Assembly: GCA_964016885.1 (NCBI GenBank)
Contig: OZ024743.1
Coordinates: 272,056,001-272,120,000, forward strand
Direction: 5' to 3'
Origin: Eledone cirrhosa
Lineage: Eukaryota
Length of the DNA stretch: 64,000 nt
The notes under the pieces are model-generated. The model searched no databases, had not been told where the DNA came from, and worked only from the letters and a program-made list of their open reading frames with translations. The translations under genes and the position numbers were made by a program. This document shows, piece after piece, positions 1 to 15,679 of this stretch. Every line of letters begins with the position of its first letter. Positions within the stretch are counted from its first letter, which is position 1.

Positions 1-339
1 TGTTAAATTTTATATTTTTGTACCATCATAATTTTGGGTATTGTACAATTTATATTTTTTTTCTTTTTCTCACCTGCTCTGTAACTCTATATGAATTGAT
101 TTGTTAACTTACATGCCATTATATATTATATATTATTATATTATTATTATAGTGTTATTGTGACATCTATATTGTTTGTGTAAATTAACCGGAGATTATA
201 TATTATATTATATTATATAATTATATAGTTTATTATATATTATATGTGTTACTTTTAATCATTTCATTACTTCAGGTTATACTGTATATTAGATATACGT
301 ATTATTTTTATTTTTATTCCTATTATGCTTATTTATATT

Positions 340-539
340 NNNNNNNNNNNNNNNNNNNNNNNNNNNNNNNNNNNNNNNNNNNNNNNNNNNNNNNNNNNNN
401 NNNNNNNNNNNNNNNNNNNNNNNNNNNNNNNNNNNNNNNNNNNNNNNNNNNNNNNNNNNNNNNNNNNNNNNNNNNNNNNNNNNNNNNNNNNNNNNNNNNN
501 NNNNNNNNNNNNNNNNNNNNNNNNNNNNNNNNNNNNNNN
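340..539. other. Assembly gap (200 N)
   Basis: Run of N characters next to a long TA array. Confidence 0.99.
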
Positions 540-3798
<3,259 letters not shown>

Positions 3799-4344
3799 AA
3801 TGTCCACCCATACACGCAGGCCTACGATCATACATGCACCTTCGTTTATCTATGCGAATCTTCGTAATTTTAGCATCAATTTTTCCTCGACTTTCTTGAA
3901 GAAATACGTTAAATACTATCGAGCAGTGTGGAATAATGGATTATGTAATAACATCAGTTTCACAGGCAGATTATATTCTGCACTGAAACACATGTAAGAT
4001 TTTCCAGTATTCAATAAATGATTCATTTAATATCAGCGTATGTACTTTGTTTTTCTATTAACCTCTATATTTAAAAACTCCGCGGATTACCTGTATTGGT
4101 TTGATTCATCTTCCTTTATATCAAAACTAATATTATTAAATATTAGATGTAAACATTAAATTCACTGCGTCGAGCCCAACAAAACCGGTAAATCGCCTAA
4201 TCGTTTTATATACGCACATCCAAACGTACCATAACTGGAAACTGACTACAAAAAGCTGATAGCTGTATTCTATTTCACACACACACAAGTAGTATTGTAT
4301 TATTTATGCCAATGAACCTTCGTCGGTTTCGACTGAGGTTTCAA

Positions 4345-4580
4345 GTTTTTCGATCATGCAATTCACGTGTAAGCGATCAAGCATTCTACAGTTATGTGTA
4401 CCTTTAACGTAATTCTCAGGGAGATTAAGTGTGACACAGTTTCCGTCTACTCCGTTTACTTCACAAGACATCCGTCAACCTGAAGTTAAGGAAATGACAT
4501 TTGCCCAAGATGCCACACAGTGGGATCGAACGCACGACCTAATGATAGCGAAGTGAACCTCTTAACCATCTGGCCATGCA
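4345..4580 (-). mobile_element. tRNA-derived SINE (family C), degenerate
   Basis: The reverse strand has A/B-box-like motifs (TGGCCAGATGG..GTTCGATCCC). The body shares GAGAATTACGTTAAAGGTACAC with the copy at 23030-23350. Confidence 0.6.
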
Positions 4581-6124
4581 ACATCCACATTATATATACA
4601 ATTATTACTGCTTCGAACTTTTGACAATTTATCAAAAATGACACTTATCTTGATACCAATCCGTCTAAAAACAAAAGTAACTATTTTATAGGCATACTAT
4701 TCAAATCTTCCAATATAATTTTATCTAAGAACTTTTTATTAAGTCATGTTGCAAATACCATCTTCGTAATGAAATAATTGAAAGTGCATTTTATTAGAAA
4801 TATGGTCACGAAAGATTTCAATATATTATACAAAATGTATAAATAAAAAAAAAAGATGCTAATTTAATCCCCCCCCCCCCCTTCACAGAGAGAGAGAGAG
4901 GTTTATATAAATATATATGCTTGTCAGGGTACCATCCTCAAATAAGTTACTTGTGTAGATCTGTTCGAGTAAAACTCAAGACCGTTCGCAAGCATGGGCG
5001 ATGTCCGATGAACGAAACCAGTAAAAGAATGAAAGAAAGTTAAAAGAATATATATGGCTATTATTAAACGGGATTATAAATAATTCATATTTATTTGTTC
5101 AATATTCTGACTAGTTTAGCGCGGCAGCCACCAAGAAGAAAAATGGACAGCTTAACTACAAATAGAATACTGATTTTGAATTCATATTCTTTTTATTTTA
5201 TTTATATAAAACTTTAGGATTTATGTTCTGAAGAACTTATGTCAGGAATCAACGCCTAAGTGATTGTGGTACATTCTAAAATAAGGGGGGGGGGAATATA
5301 AAGGAAATTGTTTTATAACGAGATAGAGCCGCAGTTAAGACAACGATATAGCATACAGTCCACTTGAACAAGTATATATATATATATACGTTCGATATGC
5401 TAAAAATAGAAGCCAAGCATCCCTTAAACTAGAGCTTAAAGTTTAAAAAGAGAAAGAGCTAAGACTACATTGGATAAACGAAGTCTCGGATACACAATGT
5501 CTGGAAAGAAAAAGAAAGAAAAGGGTATACAGTCATGGCTAGCATACTTTTGATTAAAGGTCTACTCAGTCAGGGCTGACCTGGAACTTATCAATTAAGC
5601 GGATTTAATTTTTTTAAATAGAAATATTCATGAATTAAGGAGATACGGCTAATAGTCACAACTACACACAAAAAGGAGACCGAGTTAAAGATGTTTAGGG
5701 TCAAATAAATACTTCGATTCTTCGGAATACACAACCAGCATAAGACGAAAAGAGCTGTTAATAGAATCTTTTGACAGGACTTCACAAACTTTAATCTAAC
5801 CCTTAATTCTACACCATATCAAAATATTGGCACAAAGCCAAGAATTTTTTTTTTTTCTAACTCTTAATTTACCGCAAGGGTAACAAAAATAGAACATTAC
5901 GATATGTATATATTCTCGAGACAATGCAATGCTAATAAAGATATATAATATAATTTCTCTCACATAACAACAGGTGTGTGCCACGAAAGCAAGACAGAAG
6001 AAATACATTATATACATAGCTGCAAATAAATATATACGATAAGATCTTTATTATTATTAGATTTTTTTTCATAAATAGCATTAATATATTATTATATATA
6101 TTTATATATAAAATATCAACTCAC

Positions 6125-6283
6125 ATTACAAACAGTCTCGTTGACATCATAGAACTGGAATAGCACGCCAGAAAAAAAGCATAACAGAAGTGATATTGAC
6201 GGTAAACACACAGTCGTCACTGCAAAACGGGCAAAGGAAATTCGGATAAGGGCACAGTCCTCGGACGTTCGCTCATTCTTCAT
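6125..6283 (-). CDS. PGAP2: PGAP2/FRAG1-family (post-GPI attachment to proteins factor 2-like), first coding exon; remaining exons lie outside the window or in the gap
   Basis: Hand translation gives MKNERTSEDCALIRISFARFAVTTVCLPSISLLLCFFSGVLFQFYDVNETVCN, followed by a GTGAGT donor (phase 0), with start context aaccATG. It aligns by eye with the human PGAP2 N-terminus as recalled ([42 protein letters not shown]). Confidence 0.8.
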
Positions 6284-6298
6284 GGTTATTTTGTAGGC

Positions 6299-6337
<39 letters not shown>

Positions 6338-6491
6338 TTGTGTGTGTATAAAGTTTTGTACTATATTTCTGGGATGGGTTTTGACCGGAATTTGTCTGGC
6401 CTAGCTTGTTTCAGAGGTCTGTTGAGTGAGCGAGTGCGTGCCGACAAAACCAGGTAATCTTTAAAGATCCGCGTGTTGGTATGTGTGTATA

Positions 6492-6544
<53 letters not shown>

Positions 6545-7745
6545 TCACTCACTCATACATTCATTCATATATATATATATACATACACACATCCATACAT
6601 ATACACATACGTCAAGTGTCGTCTCCAAAGAGGCTTGTGCTAGAACAAACAAAAATATCCTATCGTTATGTATATATATATATATATGTGTGTATGGTTG
6701 ATAGGGAAATGTTTCCGTTGATGTTTGACTGGGTGAAGTTTCCTCTTCCTTCCCCACTGTTAACTACGAGTCTTGCCCGAACAGCTGTGGTAGGTGGTCA
6801 CGACGCCGATGGCGGTGGTGATGGCGATAAGTCGGGCTGTTAATTGAGCCCATGCGCCCACACTCAACCACCAACAATCTACACTGCTCCCGCCTGTTTC
6901 TTCTCTCTTCTGACACAACAAATGTCAGACGTGAGACTAGTGACAGATGTAGACGGGAGGCCTTGTGCGGGTGATTACGATGTCTGCGGTTGTTGTTGTT
7001 ATACTGATAGTGGTCGACATGGAATCGTTGTTGATATTATGGAGTGGCGTACAGAATTAGCGGCAGTGACGGAGATGCTCTGAAGACTTGGCATTTATAA
7101 CTTCGATGCTAGTGCTAATGATTGTGATAGTGATGATTCTAAGTATTGTTGCCAAATGATGGTTGGTTTGAGGCTATAGAAAACCAATGTCTTCACAAGT
7201 CTTATGAAAGTGTGATACAGACGATTACGAAATCATGTATGTATATGTATATTTATACGTTAGTATTTGTTTCGGTTTGTCAGTGTCGAAAATAAAAATA
7301 AAACGGTAAATTAGAATATATATATATATCTTTTTCTATGTATTTACCTAGCTACTCAGCAGTCTTTGGATATACGTAACACAACCAGTAATAATTATAC
7401 TTAATGTTTAAGGGGAAGTCGTCAATCGCCTTATATGGAAAATACATATATAAATTAAAACGGCTAATATAATTTTAAAATAAATCCAAATATTCTTGTA
7501 ATTTCTTTCTTTTTTTTTTAGTCCTTCATTGTCAAACCAACAAAGATATTGGAAACGTTTTCAAAAACCCATAAATGAAAACCTGTCTTTGATAATCTCT
7601 TTTCCTGCCGCTACTGTCGGTTCTGTCATTGTTGTTATTCTTACTGTTATTAAATATTTTAGAACAAAGCGTTTACGATACTTAATTTGTATGTGTATAA
7701 GTATATGTGTATTGTAGTTTATATATATAAATAAATATAAAGCAC

Positions 7746-7810
<65 letters not shown>

Positions 7811-7994
7811 CACTATATGAATATATATATAAGAAATTAATATATAAAGCTATATATATATATAAATGTATGAATGAATGCAGAAGCAGTCGTCTGATAA
7901 AAGCTGTTTTCCTGTGGTTGGCAATATTGGTTCAGATTCCAGTCGGCTGCTGGCTTTGATGACAACAAGGCGAGTAGACAAGCACCGACTGCCA

Positions 7995-8007
7995 ACTGCG
8001 CATGCTC
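7995..8007. promoter_or_regulatory. NRF1-like motif ACTGCGCATGCTC, candidate PGAP2-like promoter element
   Basis: Near match to TGCGCATGCGCA in unique sequence ~1.7 kb upstream of the PGAP2-like ATG. Function is inferred. Confidence 0.3.
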
Positions 8008-8329
8008 CTATTGAATCAGACTATCAAAGCATATATTTCTTTCATACAGGTTCACCCCCTAATAACAATACGAATGTCTCAATAAATGGAATTTTTCATT
8101 TCCTTCAACTCTCTCTCTTTTTCTTTCTCTCTCCCTTTCTCCTGTTTCCATCGTCCCAGATTATTGCTTATATCATCTCTCTCTCTCTCTCTCTCTCTCC
8201 CTCTCTCTCTCTCTATATATATATATAAGCTAATATATATATATATATATATATATAAGCTAATATATATATATATACAATATATATATGTGTGTGTGTG
8301 TGTATTATACATATATATATATATATTTG

Positions 8330-8815
8330 CACAATTGCACTTCTCAAAGACAATGACACAGGATCGAGATCTTTGACATCATGCAGTAACACAGAAGACC
8401 CACGGACCCAAACAAACACCCAGTAAGCACCTCTTAACCACGTAATCCACTAAACTCCCCCACACCCCTACACCAGCCTCCCACTTCTGTCCACACCACC
8501 CTTAGACTGTAAAGTTATGTTGGTATCACAAAAACTTCCAGCCCACATTGTAAAAAGATTGTGTAGATGTCACGACAAAAAGCACCCAGCCCACACTGTA
8601 AAGTGGTCAATTAGGTGTCACGATAAACAGCACCCAGCACATACTGTAAATGTGGTTGGCATTAGGACGGCTATCCAGTCGTAGAAATCTAGCCAGAAAC
8701 AGTCCTATATGAGCAAGACATGGTCACCTGAGCCAAATTGCCTCTAATGGGACAACTAGTCTAACCCATGCTAGCATGGAAAATGGACGTTAAACAATGA
8801 TGGTGATGATAATGA
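8330..8815 (+). mobile_element. RTE LINE 3' end fragment (family A 3'UTR)
   Basis: Similar to 57715-58105. Contains repeated ~45-bp units, the AACCCATGCTAGCATGGAAAATGGACGTTAAA terminus and a (GAT)n tail. Confidence 0.85.
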
Positions 8816-8819
8816 TATA

Positions 8820-10240
8820 TAGTGGAGGAGGGTGTTCCAAAAGCACAGTAGCCAGAGTGACAAGGGATTGGAGAAAGTTCATGGAGTTACTACTGCTGCT
8901 AACTACAAAAGGTTTTTCCCTCAAAATGAAAGGCAGATTGTATGATGCATATATATGAACAGCAATATTGCATGGTAGTGAGATCTGTAACGAATGGTGT
9001 TAGTGGTGGTCGTTAGATGAAATAACAAGAATAGCTGGTTTACTTTATATATAAAAAGGTTTACTTTACTTCACTTCATAAATTCACAAAGAACAGGTTA
9101 TAAAGAGTTACAACGGTTGAAAGTGTTTTTGGTGTTGCTTCATGATGCTGGTGTACTCTGAGACCAGGAGAGAGAGAGAGAGTAATGGTCTGTGGTTGTC
9201 TGTAGACCTCAGCAGCCTGTAGATAGCGGTGAATGTTTTACATAGCTATTCTCTAGCGTACTGCTCCAATCTCTCTGTGTATTAGACGTGGGATGATACA
9301 AGCTTTTTATACCTGTCGTTTTCTGTTTCTCGCCTCGAGGATCACCCACGCATGAACTTGTTTATGTCGAAAAGGATGGTGACCTAGAATTTGACATTTA
9401 GGTGTCACCCAGGGTTCAAGGCGTGGACAGATTTCGCTACAGATCTGGGCACAGCATACTGAAGACCTGTGAAGATTGGAAAGAAATGAAGCTTCTATGA
9501 TTAAATGGATGTGCAATACATGAAGAGCAAAGCATAAATGAACTGAGAGAGAAATTAGGCATAAGAAGGATCAGATGCTGTGTGCAGGAGAGGAAATTGC
9601 ATTAGTATGGACATTTCATGAATATGAAGGATGACAGCTGTATAAAAAGGTGTAAAGTGCCCAAAGTTGATTGAAGCTATAGAGTAGGCAGGGAGACTTG
9701 GGGTGAGGTGATAAAAGCTGACCTTACACAATTGCAAGTCTCAAAGGCGATGACACAAGGACATGATCTCTGGCGCTATGCAGTAATACTGAAGACCTTC
9801 CTTCCCATATGCAGGGGCTGAAGCGTACATCTAGTATGCTCCACCATCTCTCCCATACACCTCCCATGCTGTAATCACCCCACCCATAGATCTACCTCCC
9901 CAATCTCCCCCACCCAAGTCCCCAATCCACACTATAAAGTGGTTGCTTTGGTGCCACAATAATGAACAACCAGTCCACACTGTAAAGTGCTCATATAGTT
10001 GTCACAACAAAATGTACTCAGTCCACACTGCAAAGTGGTTGTGTAGGTGTCACAACAAAAAGCACCCAGTACACACTGTAAATGTGGTTGACGTTAGGAA
10101 GGGTATCCAGCCATAGAAACCTAGCCAAACTCAGTTCTGTGTGAGCAAAACATGCTCATGTCACCTGGCTTGTCTCACAATGGGACATCTCATCTAACCC
10201 ATACTAGCATGGAAAATAGACATTAAATGGTGATGATAAT
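8820..10240 (+). mobile_element. Degenerate RTE LINE 3' portion, interrupted by a solo LTR
   Basis: Decayed GWRKF.ELL.LL / HGSE.W / RLERNEA motifs, followed by the 3'UTR and tail. Confidence 0.88.
8986..9441 (-). mobile_element. Solo LTR (456 bp) of an LTR retrotransposon, probably Gypsy-like
   Basis: TG...CA ends with short inverted termini TGTAACGAA/TTCGCTACA and a 4-bp TSD GATC (8982-8985, 9442-9445). Removing it restores the RTE sequence GAGATCTGG. TATAAAA and AGTAAA occur on the - strand. Confidence 0.85.
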
Positions 10241-10295
10241 AATGTGTTTGTGTGTGTATATATATATATGTGTGTTTGTATGTATGTATGTATAA

Positions 10296-10357
<62 letters not shown>

Positions 10358-10359
<2 letters not shown>

Positions 10360-10720
10360 TCATCATCGTTTTTATGTCCGTTTTTCCATGCTTACATGGT
10401 TTGGATGGGTCCTTTTCAGCACAGTATCTCTCCACTCACCACTTTTCTTCATCATCTCTTCTGTGAGTCCCAGCGATCTGAGATCACCTCTCATGACCTC
10501 CGCACTAATCTATCTCAGTTTACCTCTACTGCAGCTTTGATCCCCTGGCTTCTGGCACCTCTGCATTCTTCAATCATCATCCATGCGCACCACATACCAA
10601 TGCAGTCTTCTCTCCTGCACACCACCTCGGATTTCGCTTAAACCTAGCTTCTCCCTCACTTCATCCAAGCTCTGCCTTCCTCTCACCTTGACGTTGGACA
10701 TCCAATGAAGCATGGCTTCA
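10358..10720 (-). mobile_element. RTE LINE family B 3' fragment (short 3'UTR)
   Basis: Reverse complement encodes decayed MLHWMSNV..RRRLHWYV..DTVLKRT, then the terminal hairpin and (GAT)n tail. Confidence 0.8.
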
Positions 10721-10794
10721 GTTTACATGTGTGTGTGTGAGAGAGAGAGATAGTGAGACCGCTTGGGGGTTTATTTATAATGTATAATGTAAGA

Positions 10795-10880
10795 CAGTAC
10801 TGATGAGGATGAATGTTTTAATTTACTTAATTATAGTAATTAGTATTTTCTCTTTATTGTCCGAAACCACAGTATAATCA
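10795..10880 (+). ncRNA. Possible degenerate hammerhead ribozyme motif
   Basis: CTGATGA-GGA...TCC-GAAAC-CACA-GTA. Stem I has only 2 bp. Confidence 0.3.
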
Positions 10881-11250
10881 TATAATTAGATTTACTAATT
10901 ATAAAGTTAAGTAAAATTGTGTGTGTTTTTAATTGTATTTTTGCTTACGATGCTGTTTTGCTAAATATAAGTTTTATTGTACCTTAATAATATTTTGTAC
11001 TTGGTGCTCTGAAAAGTCAAATCCCACCGATGTTAGCTTTGTCTTTTATCCTTACAGGGTTGATCAAATAAGTACCAGTAATGCACTGGGGTAATTGCTG
11101 GCCTTGTGCCAAAAGTAAAAACAATTATATCTTAATAATATTTTGTACATGATGCTCTGAAATTTTACTCTTTATCCTTTAATGATCATTTAGATTTTTA
11201 TGGTATAATCAGATCAATATAATTTATTTTGATCTATATTTTTGATATGT

Positions 11251-14200
11251 ATCATCATCACTGTTTAAAATTCCTGTTTCCACACTAGCAAGGATTAGAA
11301 AAGTTGTCTCATTATGAGATGTCAGATCAGATGACCGTGACTTGATCATACAAAACTGTTTCTAGTTTGGTTTCTATGGCTGGATGCCATTCCTAATGCC
11401 AACCATATTTACAGCATGGACAGGATGCTTTTTATCATGGTACCAAAACAACTGGTTGGACTGGGTGCTTTTGGTTTTGTCACCAACATGACCACTATAC
11501 AGCATGGACTGAATGTTTTTTATCATGATAACAAATATTCCAACTGGCAGGTTGGCTAGGTGCTTTTTGTCATGTCACCAACACAACCACTTCACAGAGA
11601 GGAGTGGTCACTTTTTGTTGTATCACCGACACATTAGTGGTGGTACATGTATGTAGGATGGGGATTGTGATTTCAGCTTTTATCACAAGCTTTCCTACAT
11701 CTTCCACTTCCATAGCTTCCATCAACGTTGAGTGCCCTGCACCTTTTTACATAGCTGCCATCCTCCATACACATCACATGTCCATACCACTGTAATCTCC
11801 TCTCCTGCACATTGCATCTGACCCCTAGTTTCTCTCTCAGTTCATTTAAGCTTTGCCATTCATGCACACTATTATTACACATCTATTGAAGTATGCAAGC
11901 TTCCTTTCTTTCCAATCTTCATAGGTCCTCTATATACAGTTTCCAGGTCTTGCCACCATATAACATTGCTGTTTGTATACACATATCATACAATCTGCCC
12001 TTCATTTTGAGGGGAAAATCTTTTGTCGCTAGCAGCAGTTGTAGCTCCCTGAACTTTTTCTATTCCATTCTCATTCTGGCTACTTTATTTTCAGAACATC
12101 TACCTCCACTGCTAATTTGATCACCCAGGTAACAGAAGCCATCAACTGCTTTTATGGAACCCACTAAGAATTTAATAGAGTTTGTTTCCTGTGAGTGCTT
12201 ACTGTTTACTCAGCCTGTGCATTGACCATATGTAAACCCTACACTTTTTGCTAGCCTGCCTGGGATCCCACTACATCTATTGTGTACCCACAGTTTGCAT
12301 TTGGGAGAAAGGATGGAATTTCTACCCACCCCTCTCCTATACACTGAGCAGGGCCATTTCCCTGGAGGGATCAGGGCCTTGTTTTTCTTTCTGCTTATGG
12401 GACTTTAGTCTTTGCCAAGTTTACTTTGACACCATTTTATTCCAAGTTATGCTTCGATGTCAGAAGCATAACTGTTTTAAACTCTTCTGGTATAACCTGG
12501 AGGACAATAATAAACAGGGGAGAGCTAAGAACAGAGCCGTGATGAACATCACTTGTACACTAAGCTTCTCACTATAGTCAGTATGAATTGTAACCTTGCT
12601 GACTGCATGTATGTATGATAGATGGCTTGTATTGCCCTCACAAATCATTCACCTATCCTTAGTTTCCTAAATGCCCACCAGATTATGGAAGGGGGTGCCC
12701 TGTTAAATGCTTTCTCCAGGTCAACAAATACCAAGTAGATGTGCATTTTTAGCTAGATACTCTTCCTGCAGTTGCCTCACAATGAAGATAGCATCGAGGG
12801 TAATCCAAACAGCATCTGATCAAGGTTAATTCCATCCCCAATCACTTATACAATGATTCTTTCTTTAACTATCATGACCTGGCTCCTCAATTTGTTGCCT
12901 TGGTTGTTTCCTCTATCTAGTGCAACCCTTTGCCTTTGTAGCAGTTGACTATGATACTGCTACGCTAGTCATTGGGTATGGCACCATTTTGTATTCTTAG
13001 TTTACGATACAGGTGGTTAAGGTGTACCCTACCACCCCAGATGCTTTCAGCATCTCAGAAACTATTCCCGATGGCCCAGCTACTTTTCCTGTCTTTGTAT
13101 CTTTAATACCCTTACTTGCTAACTTGCACAGCTGGTACCTCTCTTGGGTCAACTTAAGGAAGGCCAACTTTCTCCCATGCATTTTTCTTATTCCTCAGTC
13201 TCTCATAATGACACTTCAATGCTGCCTTCTTTTCGGTGTTAATGAGAGAAAGTGTGCCATTGTCATCTTGAGCACACTTCTCACCAACATCACGATTCTT
13301 CCTGACACACTGCCTTGCAATCCTGAATGTCTGATATCTTTGGTCCTCCCATTGCATAACATCCATAAACTTTTTTATTTTCTGCTTCCCTCCTTGCAAA
13401 GTATACTTAACACCTAGCCTCTCTCCTAAACTCTTGGTAATGTTCCCTGCTTCCCTCATTTTGCCATTCTTTCCATGCCTGTCTCCTGCTCCAGTAATGT
13501 ACCTTGTTTGTGGCCTTCAGTAGGTTATCGCTCAGAGACTCCTATTGCTCCTGTATATTGTATATCACTATTTCTTCTTCCTTATTGTCAAAAGCACAGA
13601 GAAAAATTTCCTAAAGTTGTTACTGGCTGGGGGCTCCTTTAACTTCCATATCCTTTTCTTTCAGGTTGCCCGCTGTCTCCATGTTCTTCTAGCCCTAGTT
13701 AACAAATCAATGATTACTAGTTTATGTTAGGAGGTGCATTCCTCACCAGGGAGTAATTCTGTGTTTACAACAATCACTCTATCTCATTTTTTGGTGAGGA
13801 TAAAATCTATTTGGCTGGTGTACTCAACTGATTTATAAGTGATCAAGTGGTTATCTGGTGTTTTGAAGTTAGTCTTACAGATCATTAGAGCATTAGGATG
13901 GCAGAATTCCAGGAACCTGAATCCTTCCTCATTTCTCACACCAAACACATAACCCCCATGGATATTGTTGAAGCCATCACTGTGTTGCCCAACATGTCCA
14001 TTAAAGTCTCTTGCTGTGATTAAGAGTTCCTTGTCACCCACTAGAGAAGTAGTCTGCATTAGGGATTAAAAAAGTCATCTTTTAGTTTGTCTGATAGTCC
14101 CGATTGTGGTGCATATGCAGATATAATAGTTACAGTTGTTCTACCTAGGACCATCCTTAATTTAATGACTCTGTCATTCAATCTGTTTACTACAATTACC

Positions 14201-14580
14201 TTATTTACCCATTTTTCTGCTAACCTACTCCCCATAGCCCATAATCAATACCCAAGTAAAAAAATTTCTATCATTCTTTACTAACAAGGAGTCTAGCTGA
14301 TCCTCCTCTCTATCTAGTCTTTTGGACACAACACCTGTCCACTCTCCTTTGCTCTAACATTTCTACAATTTCACCTGATCTTCCTCTCATTATATCTACG
14401 TTAATGTTTGCATCTATGAAGTTTGGGAACTTACTGGTAGAGGAGGATGGATACTTGCGGAGGGAGGTGGAATTTGAATTGGAGTTGGTGCCAGCTTTAC
14501 ATGCCTGAAATAAAGCAGGTATGCTCAGTCGCCTGTAGTTGAGTGGATTCATGACAAGAATAAATTTCCCAACCCTGCAG
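11251..14580 (-). mobile_element. Near-full-length, heavily decayed RTE LINE
   Basis: Collinear ORF fragments: EN start (RGRSGEIVEMLEQRRVDRCCVQKTR), DFNGHVG, KTGKVAGPSGIVSEMLKAS, QERRLQWYGHV, then 3'UTR and tail. Confidence 0.92.
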
Positions 14581-14644
14581 CCCAGCTCCCCCACAATCCG
14601 AAGATCAGCATTTGTACTTTTTATATATATATATAAAAAGTACA

Positions 14645-15056
14645 AATGCTCTAACCACTAAGCCATGTGCCTCCACAATCCGAAGATCAGCATTTGTACT
14701 TTTTATATATATATATATAAAAAAAGTACAAATGCTGATCTTCGGATTGGCCTTGCAATCGAAAGGTTGTGAGTTCAATTCTCAGACCAGGTGATGTGTT
14801 GTTTCCTTGAGCAAGACACTTTATTTCACATTGCTCCAGTTTACTCAGCTGTAGAAATGAGATGATAGGGACTGGGGTCAATATCATTCCACTGCAAAGT
14901 GGTCGTGGAGGTGCCACGGCAAAAAAGCACCCAGCACTCACTGTAAATGAGGTTGGTGTTAGGCAGGGCATCAAGCTGTAGAAATCAAGCCAGAATCAGT
15001 TCCCGTCCCACCCTTGCAAGCAGGGAAAAGCGGACGTAAAATGAAATGATGATGAA
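14645..15056 (+). mobile_element. CORE-type tRNA-SINE (family A, OR2-like) with inverted head
   Basis: CORE-like TGTGTTGTTTCCTTGAGCAAGACACTTT...CTCAGCTGTAGAAATG and an RTE-derived tail. The first 30 nt are inverted at 14645-14674. Confidence 0.85.
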
Positions 15057-15137
15057 AATAATGATATATCATCATCATAGTTTAACCCACGCTTGCATGG
15101 GTTTGGAATATATATATATATATATATACTTTAATTA

Positions 15138-15316
15138 TTGGCAGTATCAGTAGAGGGTCGGATGCCATGCTTTCCAGCATGGAGTTACATTCCATTACGG
15201 CCTGCGTTCAAATCCCGCCGAGGTTAACTTTGCCTTTTATCCTTACAGGGTTGATAAAGCAAAGTACCAGTAATGCACTGGGCTAATTGGTGGCCTTGTG
15301 CCAAAAGTAGAAACAA

Positions 15317-15320
<4 letters not shown>
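15138..15320 (+). mobile_element. tRNA-SINE family B (central motif TTTGCCTTT(T/C)ATCCTT..GGG..GATAAA..AAGTACCAG)
   Basis: GGCAGTATC.GTAGAG head and GTTCAAATCCC B box. Related copies at ~11010, 19980, 20535, 22870(-), 24030(-), 26495, 28180, 28340(-), 35180, 37650, 37880, 49240 and 60735. Confidence 0.8.
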
Positions 15321-15347
<27 letters not shown>

Positions 15348-15356
15348 CATACATAC

Positions 15357-15640
15357 ATCATCATCATTTAACATCTGCTTTTCCCTGCTTGCAAGGGTGG
15401 GACGGGTCTTATTCAGCACAGTATCTCTCCACTTGTCACGGTCCTTCGTCATCTCTACCGTGAGCTTCAGCAATCTGAGGTCTGCTCTCACCACCTCCGC
15501 CCATGTTTTTTGTGGTCTACCTCTACCACGTCTTCCTTCAACTGGAACTTCCTGGCACTTCTTCACCCATCGGTCACCCTCCATGCGCATCACGTCCATA
15601 CCACCGCAGTCTCCTCTCTCGCACACTACATTCTATCCCT
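15357..15640 (-). mobile_element. RTE LINE family B 3' fragment
   Basis: ORF 15243-15626 reads RGRGRPQKTWAEVVRADL...KDRDKWRDTVLNKTRPTLASREK. Terminus is CCCGTCCCACCCTTGCAAGCAGGGAAAAGC plus (GAT)n. Confidence 0.88.
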
Positions 15641-15679
15641 CTCAGACACATATAAATATAAATATATATTGCTTTAATT

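Noticed and set aside
4985-5035. CCGATGA-AC-GAAAC-CA-GTA hammerhead-like string
   Set aside because: The core is CCGA rather than CUGA, with no helix II or helix I. It looks like a SINE tail remnant.
6616-7083. Short + strand ORFs in unique GC-richer sequence
   Set aside because: No recognisable protein motif or consistent splice sites. More likely 5'UTR or regulatory sequence of the PGAP2-like gene.
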